64,000 nucleotides of DNA, from assembly GCF_000143415.4 (NCBI RefSeq), contig NW_003314279.1, positions 62,001 through 126,000 of the forward strand. The letters run 5' to 3'. Position 1 is the stretch's first letter. Each line of letters opens with the position of its first letter. Positions 38,375 to 50,412 of this stretch are shown here, in pieces. The notes beneath the pieces were generated by a model, which ran no database searches, was not told the origin of the DNA, and was given only the letters and a program-made list of their open reading frames with translations. This DNA is from Selaginella moellendorffii. Taxonomy: Eukaryota; Plantae; Lycopodiophyta. Made by a program: the position numbers and the translations under genes.

Positions 38375-41300
38375 ATGGCACCTCGCGCGGGGCGCGCCAA
38401 AGTCCACAAGCCCAAAGGCGAGAAGAAGAAGAAGGAAGAGAAGAGTGAGCACCCAAAGATCCATCCAGCGTTTGCGTTTTGAGATATTTTAGGTTTTAGG
38501 GGTTTAGGCGATGGCGCTCACAATGTCGTGGTTTCTTGCTCCTCGCAGCGCTGCCGGTGATGCTCGATGTTACTGTCCATCTCCCATCGGGCACGCAGAT
38601 CACGCTCAAGGTAAGCGCTCGCGCTTTCTTTCGCTGGAAATGATCGATTCATCGATGGCGCGCAGGGTATTTCCACGGACCGCATTCTGGATGTGCGCCG
38701 CCTCTTGGCCGTCAATGTGGAGACGTGCCATCTCACGAATTTCTCGCTCGCGCACGAGGTAAGAGATCTGGAATTCCCTCTGGAAAATTTCACCCATCCC
38801 GCCCTGGTGTCCAGATAAAAGGAGGTCGTTTGCGGGACTCGTTGGAGATCGCTGTTCTTAAACCCTGCGTTCTTACTCTTGTCGAAGGTGCCATTATTTT
38901 ATTTACACTTTGCTAGACTACAGCGTTTTTATTCTTTCTCGATTGTTTTTTCAGAGGATTACACCGAGGAAAAGGCAATCACACACGTCAGAAGGCTTCT
39001 GGACATTGTTTCAAGCACAGCCTGTTTTGGGCCTTCAGGGAAGCAGCTGACTGATACTCATGACGGAAGTCACAAAGAGAATTCTCCTTCAACGGAAGAC
39101 TCGGCTGTTTCCAAAGAAGCGGATCAAAAGCACAATACTGTAGCTTCCAAAGAAGCGGAACAAAAGCTGATTGCTGCTGCGGGCAACAAGGCTGATCCGG
39201 ACAAGGGTGAAGACGGCAAAACAAAACAGGCAGGAGATCATGCTCGAAGGAACGGGGAGATTAAGAAGCTAGGAACCTCCAAGTCGAAAGGAAAATCAGA
39301 GGCCGCAGCTGTTATTGCAGAAGCTAAAGAGGCATCAGAGAAAGGTGACATCGACAAGTTGTGTCCTCCATCGAAGCTTGGCCAGTTCTACCAGTTCTTT
39401 TCTTTTTCCCATCTCACTGCACCAATCCAATGTAAGAATTTGTTTTTTGGTTCCGCTTCACTGATCCTGCTATTTTCAGTTCTTCGGAGATCGACGAGAC
39501 AAGCATGCGAAAATCTTGCTGAAGGGGAGTTTTTTGCAATTGATGTAAGGCTTCTCAAATTTTGTTGCTTTGATCTTAGGCCCGCTACTTTCATTTTGCA
39601 GGTAAGATTATGCAACGGCAAACTCGTAACGGCTGTAGCTTGTACCTCGGGATTCTACAATGCTGGCAAGCCTCAGACAAAATTCTATCAACTTGTCAAT
39701 CTGCTTCGACACGCTAGCAAGGCTTTTGCCAACGTATGTTTTACTCTCTCGCTTTTAATGTTTGACTTGCTTATGACGTGACGTTAACAGGCATACGATG
39801 ATCTTATCAAGGCATTTGTGGAACGTAACAAGGTAAGCTGGATTTATTTTACAAATTTGAGAGGGGCTTATGTCTTTGCTGCATGTAGTTTGGAAACATC
39901 CCGTATGGACTTCGATCAAACACCTGGGTGGTTCCACCCACTGCAGCAGAGGCTCCCTCAACATTTCCTCCATTACCTTCAGAAGACGAGACTTGGGGTG
40001 GTAATGGTGGAGGACAAGGAAGAGACGATGAAAGCGTTGAGAAGGAATGGTCTCGGGATTTCATGGTTCTAGCGCGCATGCCGTGTAAGACAGATGAAGA
40101 ACGCCAGGTTCGGGACAGGAAAGCCTTTCTTCTTCACAGCCTTTTCGTAGACACGTGCCTAGTTCATGCTACATCAGTTTTGAAAGATGCGGAACAGCTG
40201 CCAGATGTACCTCTGATTGACGACCGTGGACATTTTCTCGTTAAAGAGGCGGGGTCCCTGAATGTTTTGCTAGCTCAGGACGTTACAGACGCAAGCAAAA
40301 AAGTTGATTTCAAGATTGATACTATTCATAGCCGACAACTGACACCTGAAGAGCTTTCTCAGAAGAACCTCTTCAAAGGAATTGCAGCTGACGAAAGCAC
40401 CACTGTTCATGTAAGCAGTTTGCTATGTTTGCCTTTTCTTACTCGTGTGTTTGAATTTCAGGACACTGCAACACTGGGTGTTGTTCTGATCCGGCATAAA
40501 AAATATATGGCATTGGTCGAAGCAAGGGGCCTTAAAGAAGCCCAAGGGATGATAAATTTACCAAATGATCTTCAAGTTGAGGAACAGGCAGAGGGAGGAG
40601 CCAATGCTCTAAACGTCAACAGGTAAACCCATTCAAACTTTCTTTATGCTTGTTTTGCTGATGACATTACTTTTTCAGCCTACGAAGTCTCCTGCATCAA
40701 ACGGCTAGCGTTTCAGTGGATCCTGAGGAAGTTAGGAAGTCCAGGGATGTGCTTCAGAGGATAATGGCTGAAAGCTTGAAAGGGCTGCAGAACGAGTCAG
40801 ACAGGACTGATGGATTTATAAGGTGGGAACTTGGAGCGTGCTGGGTTCAGCATCTTCAGACACAGGCCAATTCGGAGAAGGCTGATGCAAAGGGATCAAA
40901 CAAGCAAGACCCAAAGAAAAAAACAAACGAGAAGCTGGTTGATAAAAAGACGGTACTTGAAAAGACCAAGCCACTGGATTCTTTGCGTGATCATGTCAGT
41001 GATTCACAAGAATCTTCTTCTGCAAGTTTGGAAAAGCCAAAAGAAGTAGATCCTCTGAAAGTACAATCGGAAGCGCATCTCAAAAGCTTACTTGGAGACG
41101 CAGCATTTACTCGCTTGAAGGAGTCGGACATAGGCCTCCATTCGAAGGTAACAAAATATATATTTTTGTATATGACAAAGCTTACGTTTGCTTCTAAGCA
41201 GACTGTCCCCGAACTTGTTGCTGGAGCAGATCAATACTATAATGACGTTGCACTTCCTAAACTGGTAGGCATTTACATGCAAACATTTGTAATCATTGTC

Positions 41301-44300
41301 ACATTTTTGTTTTTAACAGGTGTCCGATTTCGCATCTTTAGAATTATCACCAGTTGATGGGCGCACGTTGACGGACTTCATGCACACACGAGGCCTCAGA
41401 ATGAGATCCCTGGGTCGGGTGGTAAGTCTTTTGTTTCTTTCTCTTCATATGCAAACTTTTAATTATTTGGATTTTTGTTTGATAGAGTAGGCTGAACTCT
41501 CGAAAAAGCTTCCACACATTCAGTCTCTGTGTGTTCATGAGATGGTTGTTCGAGCGTTCAAGCATGTACTTCGTGCAATGGTTGCAGCTGTCACGCATCC
41601 ATCCGAACTAGCAGTCTCAATCGCCGTCGCACTCAATGCAATGCTGGGAACTCCTTCCAAAGAGTCCATGCTCGTGTCCTCCAATACGTCCGAGCTTCTG
41701 ACTTGGAAATGGTTGGAAGCCTTCACTTTGAAAAGATTTGGCTGGACACTGTCAGTTGATCCTCGGCCCGAGTTAAGAAAGTATGCAGTTCTTCGTGGCA
41801 TTTGCCATAAGGTAAACGTAAACTGTCTGCTTTCACTCTCTTATTTGTGTTTTCAGGTTGGTGTGGAAATCGCACCTAGAGATTACGACTACCAATCTCC
41901 TAACCCCTTCAGTAGCGCTGATATTATCAGCATGGTTCCAGTTTATAAGGTACTTTTTTTCTCTATGGTAACCGTAAATGATTATATTATACGGCAGCAA
42001 GCGGCTTGTTCATCTGCGGACGGACGGACACTGTTAGAGTCGTCAAAAACTGCCCTGGATAAAGGAAAGTTGGATGATGCGGTTGCTTACGGCACGAAGG
42101 TATTTACGGTGTTTCTTAAACTTATGCTGATGCCATTTTTGTAGGCTTTGGCGAAACTGGTGGCTGTCTGCGGTTCTTATCACCGAATGACTGCCGGAGC
42201 TTATAGTCTTTTGGCAGTGGTATTGTATCATACAGGGGATTTCAATCAGGTCTGGTCTTGTCACTTGCGGTTTTATACAATCTAAACGTTTGTCGACGCT
42301 TCTCAGGCTACCATCTACCAACAAAAGGCTTTAGACATCAATGAACGCGAGCTTGGCTTGGACCATCCGGATACCATGAAGAGCTATGGAGATCTGGCTG
42401 TCTTTTACTACCGGTTGCAGCATACCGAACTAGCTCTGAAGTACGTTCTTTTGTGATTCTTTTTAATTGATGACCTTAACCTTCTTTACAGGTATGTCAA
42501 CCGGGCCCTATACCTCCTTCACCTGATCTGTGGACCCTCCCACCCGAACACAGCAGCTACATATATCAACGTTGCAATGATGGAAGAAGGTCTAGGGAAT
42601 GTGCATATAGCGCTTAGATATCTTCACGAAGCTTTGAAATGCAACCAGCGACTTTTAGGAGCGGACCACATCCAGGTAAAGATTGGGGAACTTTTAAACT
42701 GTTCTGAGTTCTAGTTTTTTGGATTTTAGACGGCCGCTAGCTACCATGCCATAGCTATCGCCCTTTCGCTAATGGAAGCGTACTCCCTCAGTGTACAGCA
42801 CGAGCAAACAACGCTTCAAATCTTGCAAGCTAAGCTTGGTCCTGATGACTTGCGCACACAGGTACTAACTTATTTGCGAGTGCGCTATTTTATTCGATTT
42901 GTTCTTTTTCTTTTCATTATGTAGGATGCAGCTGCTTGGCTGGACTATTTCGACTCAAAAGCTGTAGAGCAGCAAGAGGCTGCACGAACTGGGGCACCAA
43001 AACCAGATGCTTCAATCGCCAGCAAAGGTCATCTCAGGTATAACTCGGTCCATGTAAGAAATCATGCTTGAAACAAATATGACGATACTCGGAATGTGAT
43101 GCTCAGTGTTTCAGATTTGCTAGAATACATCAACGCTGAAGCAGAACTCAAAAGAAAGGAGTTGGAGAACATCAAGCGCAAACCAAAGCGTTCAAAAGTA
43201 CGTCCTTCGCTTTTATGCATTTGCTCAATAATAATAATATTTTTTTGCAGCCTTCTAAAGGTCTCTCAAGTAAGCCATCAGATGAGGGAGCTGATGAGGA
43301 CCAGAGCTTCTCGGACACAGACTCTGCGGAATCACCACGCGAAGCTCCATCGGACGTTATTTTAAACGAACCTGCAACGGTAGAGAATGGCAATCACATC
43401 ATGGAGGATAAGAAAATAATGTTACCGCCATCCACAGCAATGGAGGACACGTATCTCTTCGAGGACGATGGGTGGCAAGAGGCAATGCCTAAAGGACGGC
43501 ATTTGAACGGGGCTGTCAAGAACTTCTGGCGCAAAGGATCAAATGGTTTCACAAGGAATAACAATCGCAGGAACTTGCTAGCCGCGGGTCAGAATAAGGA
43601 GCAGCAGCCTCTTGTGCAAGCTGCCGGTAAAAGGAAAGTCACAATTTCGTCAAATAATGGGGGTGGAAACTCCCCGACGGGTGGAACGGCAGCACCGACG
43701 GTCAAAACAGAGCTGGGTTACCGCAAGCTCGGAAAGTTTTTCAATAACAGGTCTCCCTCCAGCAATGGCTCAACTCATAACGTGCCCGAGCTTTCAACAG
43801 TAACTTCTCCGCAGTACACAATCAAACGAGTCAAGAGCAGTAGCAATCAAGCGAAGGTAGCCAGTGTGGATCCTGAGACGGCCTCTGTGTCGTCCTCTTC
43901 TTCAGCTGGAGTACCGTCGGAACCGTCAAGATTAGCTTCCTCTGGCAAGGGACACTTCTCCTACAAACAAATAGCATTGGCACCACCCGGGACATGCACG
44001 AGTCCACCACCTATTGTGGACAACAAGACTCAGTTGGAGGAATCATCTAAACCGGAGGCTACAGAAGTTCAAGCAAAAGACGTGGATGGTACTGAACGAG
44101 ACGCTTCTCTGGACCGCCACGCACGGCCTTCGCAGCCAGCTGAGGATGCAAACTCTAAATCATCTGGTGTGGAGGAAGTGGGGACGACGGCCGAAACACA
44201 GCAAAGTATGGCTGAGGAAGTCGGCGACTCCTTGGACGTGGAGGACCCGCAGACAGACTCGGATGGAGGATCGTCAAAGAGGCTTTCTGCCGCAGCGCCA

Positions 44301-45305
44301 CCGTTCAGTCCCATCGCCAATCCCCCCAACGTTGAGAGCCCGACAGGACCGGCAGTGGTCGTCACTCCGTTCAAGGATGGAAAGAGTTTGCCAAACGCAA
44401 ACTTGTCGTCACAGGCGGCTGTTACACAGACGACAGTCGCAGTCACTCCCATCAAAAAGTCCTCTCAGTTTCATCTCGGCAGAGGTCCAGCGAGATCACA
44501 AGGTCCTTTCAACTCTACGAAGAGGACTTACGTTTTCGCTCCTCGAACGCCTCAACCTCAGCCTGTGGTACAGATACCGGAAGAAGCTCAGCAACCATCC
44601 GAAACAGTATCAAAGTCGGCCCCAGTGACTCCCAACACAGGTGCCGAGTTCAGTCCCGGTGGGAGGAAGATGAACCCAAACGCAGCGGAGTTCGTTCCCG
44701 GAAAGCCGTGGTTTTCGTCGCAGCTGCTGGATTTTCCTCCTCTCGTTAAAGGTGACCCCCGCCAACTTATGGTTGCAGTACCGGTTTACCAGTACAGCAG
44801 TGAGCTCGAGATGGAATACGCTGCCGCTGCCGCCGCTGGCGCGCCTCAGAACTGCGTCATGATGGAGCCCATGGTTCCCATGGGATTCGAGAGTGCTCCT
44901 CCACCTCCTCCAGCTGAGGACATCATCAAAACTCTCGAAGGCAGTGGTGAGGCAGAAATGCCAGTAGCAGCAGCAGAGGGGACGAGCAGTGTCACTCCGG
45001 CATCAACCTCTGGCTCTACTGCGACGAAGCTGTGGGCCGACCTTGCAAGCGAGAGCGAGTCCGAGGGCGACGAAGCTCTTCACGGCACTCACGAATCAAA
45101 CGGTACACAAGCTAACGGTGAGGCCACCACCAACAAAGTTGCCGAGAGCGGCAGCGACGCACGAAGCACGACAGAGTCGTCCTCCGGCGACGTGTGTTTC
45201 GAGCACAGCACCCGTGCGCATCACAAAGGCTACGGGGGAATGGTGCGCAGACCCGATGGCGGAGATTGCATCCCTCCAGTGCAGCCGGTTGTGATCGTGA
45301 GGTAA
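38375..45305 (+). CDS. REC: REDUCED CHLOROPLAST COVERAGE / CLU-family TPR protein, many exons
   Basis: '[16 protein letters not shown]', '[16 protein letters not shown]', '[17 protein letters not shown]', '[13 protein letters not shown]', '[18 protein letters not shown]', TPRs '[20 protein letters not shown]', and a long disordered C-terminal exon. Confidence 0.93.
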
Positions 45306-45950
45306 CCAGCCTCGCTATAGTCTAGCTCACCCGGCGAAGTACAGGCCAGAGTGACGAGAATGAAGAAGACGACGACGAATGACGCCGATAAGCTTAGCTT
45401 CAATCAGCGAAATCAAGCCGCCAGCTAAGAGCAAAGCATGCAGCTCTCGAGGATAATTTGCCGGGGTGGTGGTTTGCTAGATTTATTTTTTTGGAGTGAT
45501 TGATCCGAAAGAAGAAAAATGGGAGATGGAGCAGCAGTAGTAGTAGCAGCATTGGCAGCATCAGCAGCAGCAGCAGTGGCAGCAAAACTTAGCCAGTGTC
45601 AGAACTGGGAAAGAAAAGGAATACGAAAGAGCTCTCTCTCGCTCGTCTCCTTGCGAGCTGCTGATATCCAGTCCGTGTGACCTCAAGTACTGGGACATGT
45701 CGGCATCACTAGTTACTGGATTGGTTCAGTATCATCGGCTTTGGTTTCCTGGAATGGAGTGGCTTACGGAATGGTCAGATATTCTGGGAGGAAGTGATAA
45801 GATAGAGACGGAGAGAGATGCGAGACCGACGAAGATGCCTGCTGAGCTACGCGACGAAAGGCTAAAGATCAAGTCTTTGGGAGAGAAGGACAAGACTGGA
45901 GGAAGAAAACTCGAGATTAATCATCGCTGCTATCATCTCATCATCTCAAC

Positions 45951-46775
45951 TCAGTCTGAATCAACAACGTAAGCTCGGCTATGTACACTCTGGCCGTCCT
46001 GATCGTCGGAAGCCCGCTCTCCGGCCTCCTCGACCTGAGTACTCTCCGGATCGACGACTACGACTTGCTCTAGCTGGCTCTGGTGGTGGTGGTGGTGGTG
46101 GTGATGAGCTCCAGACTGCTGCTGCTCAGGCTGGTGATGATGGCGACGGTGTTGGTGTGGCAAAGCTGCTGTGGTTTTCTCCGGACTGCCTGGAACGAGC
46201 AGTGCGTTACGACAGATTGGACACGAGGTGTGCGAGTGGAGCCACTGTTCGATGCACTTTCGGTGGAAGCCGTGGCTGCAGTGTGGGAGGATGCGAACCA
46301 TCTGGCCGTTCCGGAAGTCGCTGAGGCAGATCATGCACTCGGTCCAGCAGCCGCCGCAGCCGCTGGTGTCGCTCTCGGCCTTTTCCCGCAGCGACGATGA
46401 TCCATACCTCACCAGCTGGAACGATTTGATTATCTTTTTGGTCAGGCCCGAGGCTGGCTGCTGCTGCTGCGGCTGCGGCTGCGGCTGCTCCTCGTCGCCC
46501 AGTGCCGCGGTTTCTTCCGGCTGCTCGTGGTGAGGATTTTGGTTTTGGTTGTCGGCGCTGCTGCCATTGCATTTGATGTTGTCCCAGGGAATGGCGCAGA
46601 TGATGACGCACAGGAGGATAGCAATGAAGATCATGGTGACGTGAAGAGCCGTGAATCTCATGGGAGAGGAGGAGGAAGGAGAAGTTCTTGGGAAGGAAGC
46701 TGCGTTGATGCCATTGCCATTGCTGGCGGAGCTTGAGGCTGGAGGAGAAGGCCATGGAGGTGCCAAGTCTTCCAT
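45951..46775 (-). CDS. ATL-type RING-H2 E3 ubiquitin ligase, intronless (start uncertain)
   Basis: TM 'MIFIAILLCVIICAI', GLD-like 'GLTKKIIKSF', RING-H2 'CMICLSDF..RILPHCSHGFHRKCIEQWLHSHTSCPICR'. Further in-frame ATGs lie upstream. Confidence 0.88.
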   Translation of the reverse strand: MEDLAPPWPSPPASSSASNGNGINAASFPRTSPSSSSPMRFTALHVTMIFIAILLCVIICAIPWDNIKCNGSSADNQNQNPHHEQPEETAALGDEEQPQPQPQQQQPASGLTKKIIKSFQLVRYGSSSLREKAESDTSGCGGCWTECMICLSDFRNGQMVRILPHCSHGFHRKCIEQWLHSHTSCPICRNALLVPGSPEKTTAALPHQHRRHHHQPEQQQSGAHHHHHHHHQSQLEQVVVVDPESTQVEEAGERASDDQDGQSVHSRAYVVDSD

Positions 46776-48072
46776 CACCACAGCAATGTGAGAGGATGAG
46801 GAAGGAGAAGGAGGCATGAGGAGCAGCAGTAGCAGCAACATCCTTCTACACTCTTTTCTGGAGGAATCAAAGGAGAAAGAATAAAGAGGGAGGAGAGAGA
46901 GAGAGGTGTGGAAGTAACTTTCAAGGAAGAAGTCCCTCATGTAGTAGTAGTACCATTTTGATGATTGAAGTGATTCTTCTCCTCCTTCCTCCTCCCCTGT
47001 TGCCTTGCAAGCTTCCTCCAAAATATCCTCACAAACAATTTGATTGGGAATGAGATTTCCTGGGAGGAGCTCCAGGAACAAAAATTTGTCACCTGGAAAA
47101 CGAGCTAACCTTCTCCAAGATCCCAACAACACAAAAACAAAGACACACCCCCACCACCACCACAGTTTACAATCAAACCAGAAAAACTTGTCTTCTCTGT
47201 TCTCCCATAGCCAGACCCTCTTCCTTCTCTCCCTCCCTCCCTCACAATCTCCCTTGCCTTGCAGAAAGAGAGCATTTACATTTACTATGGTTCAACTACC
47301 TCTGCAAAGAGAAAGAAAGAGAGGGACAGAGAAATGAGAGAAATTCTGGATACTTGTGATTCAATTCATCTCCTTGATCCTAGGACCACAGGAGACTAAA
47401 TCGCTCCAGTCCCCTTCTCTTCTTCCACTGCTCATCCCTTCAAATCAGAAAGAGAGAGAGCTCCTTTCAGATGTGAAGCGCGTTTTGGCTTTGACACACA
47501 CTCTTCTTCCCCTCTTTGTTGCGTAGCTGTAGCCTGTAAGTAATGCCCGGGCTCTCTGGATCTCGAGTGCGCGCGCGTGTCTAAACGTCGGTGTGTGCGT
47601 ACATTGTAGTTGAGGGAAGAGAAGTTTGCGAAACTCCCCTGGCCACTTAAATTCTCCACACTCTCCACAGGTCCCCTTCCATGGGATTAAAGAAAGCATA
47701 GACTAACCAAACCACGTTTCCTCTAGCATCTGCCTCGCAAAGATCACTGCTTCTCCACCACCAAAAGAAAGAGAGTGCCATCAATCTCCAATCCCTCTTT
47801 CACATTTACGTGAGAGCCCACCATTGCGGGCCTAGGAACGTAGCTCCTGACCCTTGAGAGTGACACAAAGAACACACAAACAAATAGAATTTTGTGCTCT
47901 CTCTCTCACACACACATAGATCAGTGTTTTGGGGCCAGAGGTAATAAGCGTGAAGAGAAGGTGGCGGCTTTGATTTTGTGAATCAGTGCGTGAGTAAAAG
48001 AGAAGAGTGAAGAATCATGTGCATTTTCCTGGGAACGGCAACTGGTGTATTGAATCTCTTGAAAGCGAAAGA

Positions 48073-48074
<2 letters not shown>

Positions 48075-48146
<72 letters not shown>
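48075..48146. repeat. Compound microsatellite (TG)21(AG)15
   Basis: Perfect TG run at 48075-48116 directly followed by an AG run at 48117-48146. Confidence 0.97.
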
Positions 48147-48150
<4 letters not shown>

Positions 48151-49064
48151 GAGATTACTCAGAAGTGGAGGCCAGAAGGGACTGGGAGAGGAAGACTTTG
48201 AGTCCATTGGCAAGGCCGTAAATGAGACGTTAAGACGCGCTCAAATATCTGGCGATTCATCTCTACATGTGGTCTCGCCATGGATCGCGACAGTGATCTC
48301 GGAACTGCAAGCTTCTGGACCTTCGCATTTGTTTATCTATCGTCAACCGACGAGAGATACAGGGGAAAAAAGAAGGGGAAGAAAAGGAAACAAGGAAATA
48401 GATTGTCCACCAGCGACGATCATGGGTGTAATATATAAGCGTTTCTTGTCTCATCTCTCACCTGGGGGGTTTTTTGGGGAAATCTCCAAATCATTCACGC
48501 CATTTGCAACGTTGCAGCGTGACAGGCACAGCCACAAACAGATGGTGATATCGCTTCACCCCACGGAGCAAAAGTGCTACAAGGGACCCTCCCGGAAGAA
48601 GTGACCATTTGAAGTTTTTCTCTCCGTATTTTCGCTTTCTCGTTTTTCGGACAGTTTCGGGGGCCAAGAGCAACGTAGCCAAGCCAAATTCTTCGAGATA
48701 TAAAGCGAAAAAAGAATAAAGAATATAGCTCGTGGAACAGTGATTGACTCCCCACAAATGCTTGTTTCTCCACGCCAAAGCATCTTTCCATCCTGTTCGT
48801 ATTGCCTTCTTATAATAATTCTTTTTATCGCCTGTCAGGTGCGCTTTGTGGGCGTACGAATCTAAGCCCGCGCAACGCACCAGCAACAAGAACAAGAGCC
48901 CACACAGAAGCAACACGAGAAACAACCAAAAGTTCTTCCTCGCGATCATGAGGCCTCGTTTCGGGTTTAAGATAGGGAAAAAGCCACGAACAAGATCTAG
49001 GGAGGAGAGTGGAAAAAGATTTAGAATGACATCGACAAACACCTCTTCCAAAACCCCAGTGCCT

Positions 49065-49421
49065 TAGTTTTGGAACTGGACAACCTGTTCAAGCAAAGAC
49101 TAGATCGAAAACAACCAAGAAAAACTTTGCTGTCTTACCGGCACAAGTAGTTCCAGAGGGAACGTTGATCCCACACTCGAGGGGCAGGACGAGCGCCTTT
49201 CCAACTGAGAGGCCGGCCTTGGGCGTCTCGGGCCCTGAGACGGCCTGGCAGAGGCAAACTTGGGAGATTTTGGAGATGGAGTCGCAGCAAGCAGGGGTGG
49301 GAGCCCTGTGGCCTTGATCGCGGGAATGCAAGGCTGTATCCGCCAAGAAGCAGTAGCCATTCCCCATTTCCACCATGGTCAGCGCCGCAAACACCACCAG
49401 AAGCACCACCACCTTCGCCAT
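49065..49421 (-). CDS. Non-specific lipid-transfer protein (8CM)-like; lacks Cys2, possibly frameshift-damaged
   Basis: Signal peptide 'MAKVVVLLVVFAALTMV', then 'PTPACC', 'VCLC', 'ALVLPLECGI..TTCAG', with an intron donor at 49138. The 3' end is uncertain. Confidence 0.72.
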
Positions 49422-49688
49422 TCCTGTTCTTGGGCTGACGATCCCAAAAGCTTGGAAATCTCCCAAACTAGTATAGATGATCCCTGGCTTGGATCGCTCG
49501 ATTGGATTTGTTTTAAAATCCTGGAGCGCTGTGGAGGAACGATCGCGCTGTGGAATTATAGCTGGGGATACATGATCTTCTGCCACCCACACTAAGCCTG
49601 TGGAGCGAGCGCGTTACGAGCGTGAAATCGCGCCTTCTTTGTCCCGATTCGCGGGCTTTTCAAACTTTTAAATAGCTTAAATTAGGGT

Positions 49689-49976
49689 TTAATGTAGAGC
49701 TTTGTTTGGCGCGGCGATGTGGAGGAGGAATCCATGGCCCGAGAACAAGGGCTTGAGGAAGGGGCTGGCTCGCGAGCACAGCGCCCTCATCCTCTTGAGG
49801 ATCCGGCTAGGGAAGAGAGGAGGAATCGCCACACTGAATCGCTTGACTCGCAAATTCCGCCTGCTCACTCTGATGTGTTGGTACGAAGAGCGCGAGATTC
49901 TCCTCTGCTGCTGCCGCTGGCTGCTACCGGCGCTGCCCGGGAAAACGCGAGCCCAAATCTTCCTCGTCACCGGCAT
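49689..49976 (-). CDS. Small basic hypothetical protein (95 aa)
   Basis: ATG-initiated Arg-rich ORF ('RRNLRVKRFSVAIPPLFPSRILKRMR') in a GC-richer island. The family is not recognised with certainty. Confidence 0.3.
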   Translation of the reverse strand: MPVTRKIWARVFPGSAGSSQRQQQRRISRSSYQHIRVSRRNLRVKRFSVAIPPLFPSRILKRMRALCSRASPFLKPLFSGHGFLLHIAAPNKALH

Positions 49977-50412
49977 AATTGCCGCTGCTGAGCTGCTGCT
50001 GCTGCTGCTACCACTTACGGAATTGAATGGTGGTGAAATGTATCCTTAGCTCCAACCAAGACGCTTGAATGTGACCCTGCTCCTGCCGAAGAACTCACCG
50101 CAATTGAGAGCCCAGCACGAGATTGCGACTTGCACTTGCTTGCTGGATTCGTGAGAGGCAAGGCGTCGAGATCGGTGCTGCCCGAGGGAAGAATAAGAGG
50201 CAGCGTGACCGCGATCGGCAACGAATGCTGCATCCATAAAAACAGAGCACCATCAATGTGATGGATTGACCCCGCTGACCAAACCAAAGAACTTTGAGCT
50301 ACCTCTCTTTTGCAGACTTTATGTCTCCCGGGCCTTCACGCGGCTTGCACCGATTTTAAGAGGTGGTGGTCGACCCGGAATCAATGATCTTCCACCACCG
50401 CGGATCAACGCC

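Noticed and set aside
47850-47910. Imperfect inverted repeat (GAGAGTGACACAAA / TTTTGTGCTCTCTC) resembling a miR156-type stem
   Set aside because: The stem is short, built from CT/GA low-complexity sequence, and no mature conserved miRNA sequence is present.
48491-49051. 186-aa - strand ORF downstream of the LTP
   Set aside because: TTG start, low-complexity hydrophobic content typical of 3' UTR DNA, and no family signal.
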